Positions 27,056 to 36,990 of a stretch of DNA of 55,769 bases are shown in pieces; positions within the stretch are counted from its first letter, which is position 1, and each line of letters begins with the position of its first letter. A program made the translations under genes and the position numbers. The stretch is from Acidimicrobiales bacterium. GTDB lineage: Bacteria > Actinomycetota > Acidimicrobiia > Acidimicrobiales > VFJN01. Location: positions 1-55,769 of the forward strand of contig JBPPMN010000362.1 of assembly GCA_051306055.1 (NCBI GenBank). The letters run 5' to 3'. The notes beneath the pieces are model-generated. The model was given only the letters and a program-made list of their open reading frames with translations, searched no databases and had not been told where the DNA came from.

Positions 27056-28231
27056 GTGGGGTTCTCGTACGCTGGCGCCGTGGTGTTGGACGAGAGTCGC
27101 CCCTACTGGGCGGAACCACGGGTGGCCGATCCGCCCGGGCCGACACGGCGCGACTGGTTGCTCGTCGCTGCCGTGGCCGTCGTCGCGTCGGTCGAGGCGG
27201 TCGTTCGGACCGAGCTGGTGTGGGCGGCCACCTCGCTGGCCCTGACGATCGGCGTCGCCCTCCTCCTCCCGTGGCGTCGGGTCCACCCGCTGCCGGTGGT
27301 CATCCTCGCCTTCGGCACGATGACGGCGGCGCACGCCGTGTCGGTCGTGCGCGACGTCGAGTGGGAGGGGCTCAACACGGGGATCTTCATGCTGGTGCTG
27401 CCCTACGCGCTCTCCAGGTGGGCCTCGGGGCGCGACGTGGGTGCCGGCCTGCTGGTCATGTCGGTGCCGGTGATCCTCACGGCGGTCGACGGCGCCCCGG
27501 CGGGCGACACCGTCGGCGGCGCGGTCGTGCTCCTCCTGGCGTGCGCGATCGGCTTCGCCGTCCGCTACGCCGGCGAGCTCCGTGCCGAGGAGGTGGCCGG
27601 GCTGCGGTCGCGCGAGCGGGAGGAGCTGGCCCGCGAGCTCCACGACACCGTCGCCCACCACGTGTCGGCCATCGCGGTGCGAGCGCAGGCCGGTCGCGTG
27701 GTGGCGGCGACCCGGCCCGACGCGGCGATCGATGCGCTCCTCGTGATCGAGGAGGAGGCCACCCGTGCCCTCGAGGAGATGCGATCGATGGTCGGCACGC
27801 TGCGCCAAGGTGGCCCGGCGGACCTGCGCCCCCAGCAGGGCGTCCGCGACCTGCACCGGCTCGAGCAGCGCGGTGGTGCCCCCGGACCCCGAGTGCTGGT
27901 GTCGACCGCCGGGGAGCTCGACGAGCTGCGCCCTGCGGTCGACGCCGCCTGCTTCCGCCTGGCGCAGGAAGCGGTGACCAACGCGCTGCGCCATGCCCGC
28001 GAGGCCTCGGAGGTGCAGGTGCGGGTCGACGCAGACGACGACCACGTGCGGGTCACCATCGTCGACGACGGGCGACCCAGCGGCCCCTCGACCGCCTCGT
28101 CGCCGGGCTTCGGGCTGGTCGGCATGGCGGAGCGGGCCAAGCTCCTGGGGGGCACGTTCACCGCCGGCCCGCATCCCGGTGGCGGCTGGACCGTCGCCGC
28201 CACCCTGCCGCGCCGCGCGGTGACGACATGA
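27056..28231 (+). CDS. sensor histidine kinase, HisKA_3 (NarL-partner) type
   Basis: Multi-helix membrane N-terminus, H-box ELHDTVAHHVSAI, HATPase region (EAVTNALRHA, DDGRP, GFGLVGMAERA). Start uncertain (GTG 27056, 27080 or 27083). Stop overlaps the regulator ATG (ATGA). Confidence 0.85.
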   Translation: MGFSYAGAVVLDESRPYWAEPRVADPPGPTRRDWLLVAAVAVVASVEAVVRTELVWAATSLALTIGVALLLPWRRVHPLPVVILAFGTMTAAHAVSVVRDVEWEGLNTGIFMLVLPYALSRWASGRDVGAGLLVMSVPVILTAVDGAPAGDTVGGAVVLLLACAIGFAVRYAGELRAEEVAGLRSREREELARELHDTVAHHVSAIAVRAQAGRVVAATRPDAAIDALLVIEEEATRALEEMRSMVGTLRQGGPADLRPQQGVRDLHRLEQRGGAPGPRVLVSTAGELDELRPAVDAACFRLAQEAVTNALRHAREASEVQVRVDADDDHVRVTIVDDGRPSGPSTASSPGFGLVGMAERAKLLGGTFTAGPHPGGGWTVAATLPRRAVTT

Positions 28232-28890
28232 CCGTCAGCGTGCTGATCGCCGACGATCAGGACATCGTGCGCACCGGCCTGCGCATGATCCTCGAGGCGC
28301 AACCCGACATCGAGGTCGTGGGCGAGGCCGCCAACGGCCGAGAGGCCCTCGATCTCGCTCGCCGGCTGCGCCCCGACGTGTGCCTCTTCGACATCCGCAT
28401 GCCGGAGCTCGACGGCATCGAGGTCACCCGCCTGCTCGCTGGACCTGACGTGGCTGATCCGCTCGCCATCGTGGTCATCACGACGTTCGACCTGGACGAG
28501 TACGTGCACGGCGCGCTCAAGGCCGGTGCTCGCGGGTTCCTCCTGAAGGATGCCGGGCCCGAGCTGCTCGCGCAGGCGGTGCGCTCGGCGGCCAGCGGTG
28601 ACGCACTCATCGCTCCGAGCGTGACCGCTCGGTTGCTGTCGGCGTTCTCCGATCTCGGGGAGGCGTCGAGGCCCCCGGCCGCCCAGCCGCTCGACCCGCT
28701 CACGGATCGGGAGGAGGAGGTGCTCGTGACGGTGGCCCACGGTCGCACCAACGCGGAGATCGCCGACGAGCTGTCCATCAGCCTCAGCACCGTGAAGACC
28801 CACCTGGCCAGCCTGATGCAGAAGCTCGGCGCCCGGAACCGGGTCGAGCTGGCGATGTGGGCCTACGAGACAGACCGCATGCCCGCGTGA
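28228..28890 (+). CDS. NarL/LuxR-family response regulator
   Basis: Receiver (VLIADDQ, DIRMPELDG) plus LuxR HTH (LTDREEEVLVTVAHGRTNAEIADELSISLSTVKTHL). Confidence 0.92.
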   Translation: MTVSVLIADDQDIVRTGLRMILEAQPDIEVVGEAANGREALDLARRLRPDVCLFDIRMPELDGIEVTRLLAGPDVADPLAIVVITTFDLDEYVHGALKAGARGFLLKDAGPELLAQAVRSAASGDALIAPSVTARLLSAFSDLGEASRPPAAQPLDPLTDREEEVLVTVAHGRTNAEIADELSISLSTVKTHLASLMQKLGARNRVELAMWAYETDRMPA

Positions 28891-28980
28891 CGGGCACCAG
28901 GTGCCCTGGCCCCGGACCCGACACTGAGGAGGGACAGGGGGCCGGTAGCGTGCAGCAGCCAGCCCCTGTGAAGGCGAACC

Positions 28981-29718
28981 GTGGCCTCCGTGCCTGCTGA
29001 CACCCCGATCCACGACCGGCCCCCCGATGGGACGCCTACGCATCCGCTGGCTGGTGCGTCTGTCTTGGTGGCCGGGGCCACCGGTGGCCTCGGGCGCTCC
29101 CTGGCCGATGAGCTGCATCGTCGGGGAGCGCAGCTCACCCTGGCGAGCCGCAGCCGGGAGCGGCTCGATCAGCTCGACGTGCCCGGACGGCGCATCGCGC
29201 TCGATCTGCGTTCGCCCGATGCCTGCGATCAGGCGATCGAGGCGACGGTGGAGCACGGCGGCCGGATCGACGTGGTCGTCAACGCGGTGGGGGTGGTGGC
29301 GTTTGGCCCGGTTGCCGACCTCACGATCGATGTCATGGAGGAGCTGTTCCTCACCAACACCTTCCTGCCGATCATGTTGGCCCGGGCCGCCTTGACCCGC
29401 ATGACCTCGGGCGGCGCGCTCGTGAACATCTCTGGCGTGATAGCGGAGCAGAACCTCCCGGGCATGGCGGCCTACGGAGCCTCCAAGGCCGCTGTTCGCT
29501 CCTTTGACGAGGCGCTGGCCAGGGAGGCCCGTCGAGCGCAGGTCCGAGTCCTCGACGCCCGGCCTCCGCACACCGAGACCGGGCTGGCGCAGCGCCCACT
29601 GGAGGGTGCCGCCCCGAGGATGCCACCGGGGCTGGCGCCCGCCCACGTGGCTGCGGTCATCTGCGATGCTCTCGAGCAGGGCACCGCCGCCCTCCCGAGC
29701 GAGGCGTTCACGCCGTGA
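28981..29718 (+). CDS. short-chain dehydrogenase/reductase (SDR)
   Basis: GATGGLG cofactor motif, NAVG and YGASKAA (YxxxK). GTG start. Confidence 0.8.
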   Translation: MASVPADTPIHDRPPDGTPTHPLAGASVLVAGATGGLGRSLADELHRRGAQLTLASRSRERLDQLDVPGRRIALDLRSPDACDQAIEATVEHGGRIDVVVNAVGVVAFGPVADLTIDVMEELFLTNTFLPIMLARAALTRMTSGGALVNISGVIAEQNLPGMAAYGASKAAVRSFDEALAREARRAQVRVLDARPPHTETGLAQRPLEGAAPRMPPGLAPAHVAAVICDALEQGTAALPSEAFTP

Positions 29719-30104
29719 AGCGCCTCTGGGTGAGGCGGGACATCGATGCCCCCGCGTCGGTCCTGTGGGGGCTGCTGGTGGATCCGGATGCGTGGCCGAG
29801 CTGGGGTCCGAGCGTCCGGGCCGCTGAGCTCGAAGATCCGCCGCTGCGGTTGGGCGGCCGGGGAGCGGTCACGACGGTGGGCGGGTTGTCGCTGTCGTTC
29901 GAGGTCACCGTCTTCGAGAGCGGGCGGCGCTGGGCGTGGCGCGTGGCTGGGCTTCCGGCCACCGACCACACCATCGAAGATCTGGGGGCCGACCAGTGCC
30001 GGGTCGCGTTCGGGGTGCCGCTGGTCGCGGCGCCCTATCTGGCGGTCTGCCGGATGGCGCTGCACCGACTCGAGCGGCTGGCCACCGGCGGCCGGCACCG
30101 CTGA
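29715..30104 (+). CDS. SRPBCC (START / polyketide cyclase-like) family protein
   Basis: About 129 aa with I.AP...VW.LL.D...WP.W opening typical of SRPBCC. GTG overlaps the SDR stop (GTGA). Confidence 0.65.
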   Translation: MKRLWVRRDIDAPASVLWGLLVDPDAWPSWGPSVRAAELEDPPLRLGGRGAVTTVGGLSLSFEVTVFESGRRWAWRVAGLPATDHTIEDLGADQCRVAFGVPLVAAPYLAVCRMALHRLERLATGGRHR

Positions 30105-30164
30105 TCCGCCCTCAGATCAGCGCGGCTTAGCGGCAATTCGGTCCGTTCTCGCTAGCGTGAGCGG

Positions 30165-30938
30165 GTGGCTGGCGAAGCGCTCGGACTGCAGGCCGTGGCC
30201 GAAGCGCTCGGCGTGCACTACCAGACCGCCTACCGGTGGGTCCGGTCCGGGCGCCTGCCGTCTTCGCTGGTCGGCGGCCGCTATGAGGTGACGCCCGAGG
30301 CGGTGGCGGAGCTCGCAGCGCAGCGGACCGAGCCGCGGCGCCCCTCGCCAAGGCGGCCGCGAGGCGGCTTCGGCCCGATGGCCGACCGGCTCTACGCGCA
30401 CCTCGTGGCTGGACGTGAGCGCGACGCCCGCACGCTGGTGCAGGGACTGACCGACGACGGCGTATCGGTGACGACCGTCGCCCAAGAGCTCCTCAGCCCT
30501 GCCCTACGCCGCATCGGTGAGGAGTGGAGCGAAGGGCGGCTGAGCATCTCCGAGGAGCACCGGGCCTCCGCCATCGTCGAGAGGATCCTGGGGGAGCACC
30601 ACCCCACGCCAAGGGGTCGTCGACGCGGCACGGCGGTGGTGGCAGCGCTGTCGGGCGACCGGCACTCGCTGCCCACGGCCATGGCCGCGGCGGCCCTCCG
30701 CGACGACAACTGGCACGTGCACCACCTGGGGGCAGACGTGCCCCCGGCCGAGCTGGTGCGCTTCGTGGGCACCGAGCCGGTCGACGTGGTCGTGGTCACC
30801 GTCACCGTTGCCGACGCCCGGCCCGCCGCCGACCGCTTGGTCGACGAGCTCGAGGCCATCGGGACCAAGGTGCTGCTGGGTGACGCCGGCGCCCAGCTCG
30901 ACGACCTGCAGCGCGCCGCTCGAGGGGTGCGGAAATAA
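30165..30938 (+). CDS. HTH (excisionase/MerR-like) plus cobalamin-binding domain transcriptional regulator (CarH/LitR-like candidate)
   Basis: N-terminal HTH LQAVAEALGVHYQTAYRWVRSGRLPS. The helical-bundle motif W121-x9-E131-H132 (WSEGRLSISEEH) and the Rossmann motif GDRH167SLP match the B12-binding signature. Confidence 0.8.
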   Translation: MAGEALGLQAVAEALGVHYQTAYRWVRSGRLPSSLVGGRYEVTPEAVAELAAQRTEPRRPSPRRPRGGFGPMADRLYAHLVAGRERDARTLVQGLTDDGVSVTTVAQELLSPALRRIGEEWSEGRLSISEEHRASAIVERILGEHHPTPRGRRRGTAVVAALSGDRHSLPTAMAAAALRDDNWHVHHLGADVPPAELVRFVGTEPVDVVVVTVTVADARPAADRLVDELEAIGTKVLLGDAGAQLDDLQRAARGVRK

Positions 30939-30990
30939 ATCTGGCTAAATGATGTTGAGAGGAGGGAACCCCTCGACCAAAGGACTCTCC

Positions 30991-31209
30991 ATGCGATCCC
31001 TGCCCATCGATCTCCGAGCCAGGCTGCCCTTCCTGCTGGCCGGCTTCTTCTCCTTCCTCTTCTCCGTCTACCTCTACTTCGTGGCTGACGAGACGAGCGC
31101 CGGGATCTTCGTGGGCCTCTGGGTGCCTTCGATCCACTCCCTCGGGACGCTCCTCCTGGCCCCCGTGGCCGGCATCGAGCGGCACGACCCGATCGAGGCC
31201 CGGTCATGA
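30991..31209 (+). CDS. 72-aa two-helix membrane protein (hypothetical)
   Basis: ATG 30991 lies 6 nt after AAGGA. Very high GC3 and a hydrophobic translation. Its stop overlaps the next ATG (ATGA). Confidence 0.55.
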   Translation: MRSLPIDLRARLPFLLAGFFSFLFSVYLYFVADETSAGIFVGLWVPSIHSLGTLLLAPVAGIERHDPIEARS

Positions 31210-31382
31210 GCGAGAACGCCATCTTCCTCGTCGGCATCATCATCTTCGCCATCACCGTCTACGGGACCGTGATGGCCGGTGGCCTGGCGCTCACGAAGGT
31301 CGCCGTCGACCAGTCGCCCGCACTCGGTGACGACTCCTACTCGCCGGCAGCAGCTTCCGAGGCCGTGGCCGACGTGGGCTGA
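31206..31382 (+). CDS. 58-aa single-helix membrane protein (hypothetical), not in the supplied ORF track
   Basis: Hand translation: MSENAIFLVGIIIFAITVYGTVMAGGLALTKVAVDQSPALGDDSYSPAAASEAVADVG, stop TGA 31380-31382. GC3-rich codons. ATGA overlap with the upstream gene. Confidence 0.5.
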   Translation: MSENAIFLVGIIIFAITVYGTVMAGGLALTKVAVDQSPALGDDSYSPAAASEAVADVG

Positions 31383-31426
31383 GCTCGACCACGGCGCCCG
31401 GCAGTGTCTCGACTGCCTCAGGCCGC

Positions 31427-31879
31427 CTAGGGCTCCGAGGCGGCAGGACCGCCGAGCGCCTGTACCCAGGCGTCGAGGTCGCGGACGAAGAAGGCGATGG
31501 CCTGCTCGCCATCGGCGGCGCCCTCTTCGCCCCAGGTGATGCGCAGCACGTCGCTCTTCATGGTGCGGCCCAGGTGCTCGCGGGTGGTGTCCACCGAGCG
31601 GATGGCCGATCGCGCGATCCGCACGAACCGCTCCGGACGCCATTGGGCGAAGGCCACCTCTTCGGCCGTGAGGACAAGTGTGCCGGTGCTGCGCACCTGG
31701 GCCGGGCCCGGGCTGGTGAGGCCCAGCGAGCTGGCCGCCACCGAGCGCTCCAGAGGCCCGAGCGAGGCGATGTGGGCCTCGGCTCGACGCCGGCCGATCC
31801 GCACGAGCACGGCGGCGATCCCCATGGAGGCCACGACGGAGGCCAGGATCACGAGGACGATCACGACGGTGGGGCTCAT
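31427..31879 (-). CDS. N-terminally membrane-anchored hypothetical protein (possibly a bacterial PH-like domain)
   Basis: Start at ATG 31879 (MSPTVVIVLVILASVVASMGIAAVLV...). The remainder is soluble, about 120 aa. No confident family. Confidence 0.5.
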   Translation of the reverse strand: MSPTVVIVLVILASVVASMGIAAVLVRIGRRRAEAHIASLGPLERSVAASSLGLTSPGPAQVRSTGTLVLTAEEVAFAQWRPERFVRIARSAIRSVDTTREHLGRTMKSDVLRITWGEEGAADGEQAIAFFVRDLDAWVQALGGPAASEP

Positions 31880-31973
31880 CCCGGCGACCGTATCGGCGTG
31901 GGCCACGCTGGTGGAGGACCCGGGTCGCGGGGTCGCAGGGCCACCGGTCGCCGCGCAGTAGCGTCGGGCACCC

Positions 31974-32450
31974 ATGGCCACCAAGCGCGCACCGACCCGC
32001 ACCCTCGTGCTCGTCGACGCCGGCATGGCGGCGGGCTACCGCCGGGCCAAGCTGTCGCTCACCCAGCTCCACCAGGCCCTCGTGCACCTGCACCGCCAGC
32101 ATCCCGACGTGCTCGTCGCCGTGCTGGCCGACCCCTCGCTGAAGTGGGACCTCGAGACCGCCGACCAGGCGCTCTTCGAGGGCGACATCATCGCCGGGGC
32201 CGTCGTGTGCGCTCCAGCCGGCGCGCTGGCCGGCACGGTGGGCTTCCTCACCCGGGCCGCCGAGCGAGCGAAGCACCTTGGGTTCGACGTGGTGGCCTTC
32301 ACCGACCGGGCGCTGCCCGAGGTGGCCCTGGGCCGGCTGCGCAACGACAGCGGGCGCTGGCTGTGGGACCTCGAGGCCACCCACGTGATCGATGCCGCGG
32401 ACGCGCCGGCCCCCGTCACCACCCCGAACCGCCGCCGCCGCACCCGCTGA
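31974..32450 (+). CDS. hypothetical protein (weak resemblance to a NYN/PIN-like nuclease fold)
   Basis: ATG start and good GC3. The pattern LVLVDAG...VLADPS...VVAFTD suggests spaced acidic residues on beta-strand ends. Assignment is tentative. Confidence 0.45.
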   Translation: MATKRAPTRTLVLVDAGMAAGYRRAKLSLTQLHQALVHLHRQHPDVLVAVLADPSLKWDLETADQALFEGDIIAGAVVCAPAGALAGTVGFLTRAAERAKHLGFDVVAFTDRALPEVALGRLRNDSGRWLWDLEATHVIDAADAPAPVTTPNRRRRTR

Positions 32451-32469
32451 CGGCGCGAGGATCTCTGGC

Positions 32470-32763
32470 GTGTCCCGATCGCGGCTGCTCCTGCTGGCGC
32501 TGACCCTCGCCACGGCCGCCCTGATCGGCGCGCCAGCCGCGTTGGCGGCACAGGAGGCGCAGGAGCCCGCCACCAGCACCACCGAGGTGCAGGTGCCCAC
32601 CAACGACATCATCCCCGGCCCCAACTCGGGCCAGGCGCCCGACGACCCCGGCGATCGCGGCGGTGTGCTCCAGGTGGGCCTCCTGCTCCTCGTGCTGCTG
32701 GCCATCGCAGGGGTGGTGCTCGCCCTCGTGCGGCAGTCGCGCCGGGCCCGCTCCGGCGGGTAG
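32470..32763 (+). CDS. small secreted protein with a C-terminal membrane anchor (hypothetical)
   Basis: GTG 32470. Signal-like LLLLALTLATAALIGAPAALAAQEA, a Pro/Asp-rich middle, and a C-terminal helix followed by RQSRRARSGG. Confidence 0.5.
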   Translation: MSRSRLLLLALTLATAALIGAPAALAAQEAQEPATSTTEVQVPTNDIIPGPNSGQAPDDPGDRGGVLQVGLLLLVLLAIAGVVLALVRQSRRARSGG

Positions 32764-34221
32764 TCAGCCCTCGAGGAGGGCGTCGCAGGCGACGGTGCCC
32801 TCCATGAAGCCCGAGCGGAAGGCGTCGAAGCGCTGGAAGGCGGTGCCCACCGTCATCTGCTCCTCGCCCCCGGTCTCAGCAGAGTCGCTGGTCTGCAGGA
32901 AGGCGATCACGGCCTCGTCGAGATCACCGGGGGAGAGCGTCAGCACCTGGTTCGGGCGGTTGGCGAGGAAGCCGCTCGATGCGTACAGCCCGGCGAAGCA
33001 GTCGGCCTGGAGGTTGGAGGCCAGGCTGTTGTCGGAGCTGCCCAGGCGCACCTGGGCGGCGTAGGCGTACTGGCGGGCCAGCTCGGTGGCCACGGCGTAG
33101 TCGCCGATCTCGTTGAGGGCCGGGATCAACCCCGCCCCGTCGAGGTAGATGGTGTCGTCGGGCACGCAGTAGAACCCGGCGCCGTCGAGGGCCTGACCGA
33201 CGAGCGTGTCCGAGCCGCAGTCGACCTCGTCGGTGGCGGGGTCGACCAGCACCACGTCGGTGACCGGGGTCCAGCTCTCGCCCAGCTCGTCGAACAGCAC
33301 CGTCCAGAAGTCCTCGAGGTCGTCGAGGGCGGCCGGCAGCAGGTCGGCCAGCGGGAGGTTGCCGCCGCGCTCGAAGTCCTCCTGGCTGGTGAAGGGCACC
33401 TCCACGATGACGAGGTCGCCGCTGCGGTAGCGGTCGGGCAGCTCGGCGCAGTGATCAGCACCCAGGTTGAACCCGTCCGAGAAGGCGCCGATGCGGTCGA
33501 ACCCCGTGCCGTGGGCGGCCGGGTCGGTGGCCGAGGTGCCCACGCCGTCGCGCAGGGTCAGGAAGCCGGCCACCGCACGATCGAGGTCGTCGAGGGTGAG
33601 CTCGAAGCTGGCCGCGCCACCGTCGTCGACGTCGGCCGTCCAGGCGCCGGCCAAGCAGTCGGCCTGCAGCTCCAGCATGATCGTGTCGCCGCGGGTGCCG
33701 CTGCGGTCCTGCACGGCGTGGGCGAACTCGTGGGCCATGATGATCCCGAGGGTGAACCCGCCGAACTCCTCGTACATGCCGGGCATGAGGTTCACGTTGT
33801 CCCAGGCGATCAGGTCGTCGGCCGGGCAGTAGAAGGCGTTGCCGGCGATGTCGCTGTACTCGAAGGGCGTCGGACCGCACGGCGGGAGCTCGCCGTCGGG
33901 TCCGTAGGCCCAGAACCCGCCGGCCAGCGGCACCCACGGGACGTCGTAGACCTCGGGGAAGGTGCGGTCCCAGAAGCCGTTCACGTCCTTCAGGGCGGCC
34001 CGGATCACCTCGTCGCTCGTGGGCGCGCCGGCGTCGTCGGCCTCGCTGTCGGGCTGGATGGGCTCGTCGAGCTCGGCCTCGCCGTCGTCGGGGTCGACCT
34101 CGACCTCACCCGCTCGATCGTCGGCCGCCAGTGGGTTCTCGGCGGCCTCGGTGGCGCAGGCCGAGCCCACGAGAGCGATGAGCGTCAGCAGGACGAGGAG
34201 TGCGCGGGGAGCACGGAGCAA
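32764..34221 (-). CDS. putative neutral zinc metallopeptidase lipoprotein (YpfJ-like), tandem-duplicated domain
   Basis: TTG start with GGAGG 9 nt upstream. Signal plus LVGSAC lipobox-like site. Domain 1 has HEFAH; domain 2 aligns by eye but reads ELARQY at that position. Confidence 0.8.
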   Translation of the reverse strand: MLRAPRALLVLLTLIALVGSACATEAAENPLAADDRAGEVEVDPDDGEAELDEPIQPDSEADDAGAPTSDEVIRAALKDVNGFWDRTFPEVYDVPWVPLAGGFWAYGPDGELPPCGPTPFEYSDIAGNAFYCPADDLIAWDNVNLMPGMYEEFGGFTLGIIMAHEFAHAVQDRSGTRGDTIMLELQADCLAGAWTADVDDGGAASFELTLDDLDRAVAGFLTLRDGVGTSATDPAAHGTGFDRIGAFSDGFNLGADHCAELPDRYRSGDLVIVEVPFTSQEDFERGGNLPLADLLPAALDDLEDFWTVLFDELGESWTPVTDVVLVDPATDEVDCGSDTLVGQALDGAGFYCVPDDTIYLDGAGLIPALNEIGDYAVATELARQYAYAAQVRLGSSDNSLASNLQADCFAGLYASSGFLANRPNQVLTLSPGDLDEAVIAFLQTSDSAETGGEEQMTVGTAFQRFDAFRSGFMEGTVACDALLEG

Positions 34222-34305
34222 CGGGGGCCTCCGGGAGGGTGAACGTGCTGTGAAGGTAGCGCGCCCCCTCCGCAGCCCACGGGCGCCCGCTGTAGGTTGA
34301 GGGCC

Positions 34306-36975
<2,670 letters not shown>

Positions 36976-36990
36976 CCTACGACGGGCCGG

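Noticed and set aside
26948-28174. N-terminal 400-aa extension of the MMPL ORF (track ORF 24551-28174)
   Set aside because: The extension is Arg/Gly/His-rich and overlaps the well-supported plus-strand histidine kinase. The MMPL-like sequence begins at MPTSSNHP (26947).
30105-30164. Cobalamin riboswitch or CarH-type operator repeats upstream of the B12 regulator
   Set aside because: I could not recognise a B12-box or the direct-repeat operator pattern. The only feature is a short CGCTAGCG palindrome, which is too little evidence.
23193-31400. Genomic island integrated at tRNA-Val
   Set aside because: Gene content after the tRNA looks accessory (TetR, MMPL, two-component system, SDR, B12 regulator). 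However, I found no integrase, no recombinase, no direct repeat of the tRNA 3' end and no obvious composition shift. The idea remains speculation.
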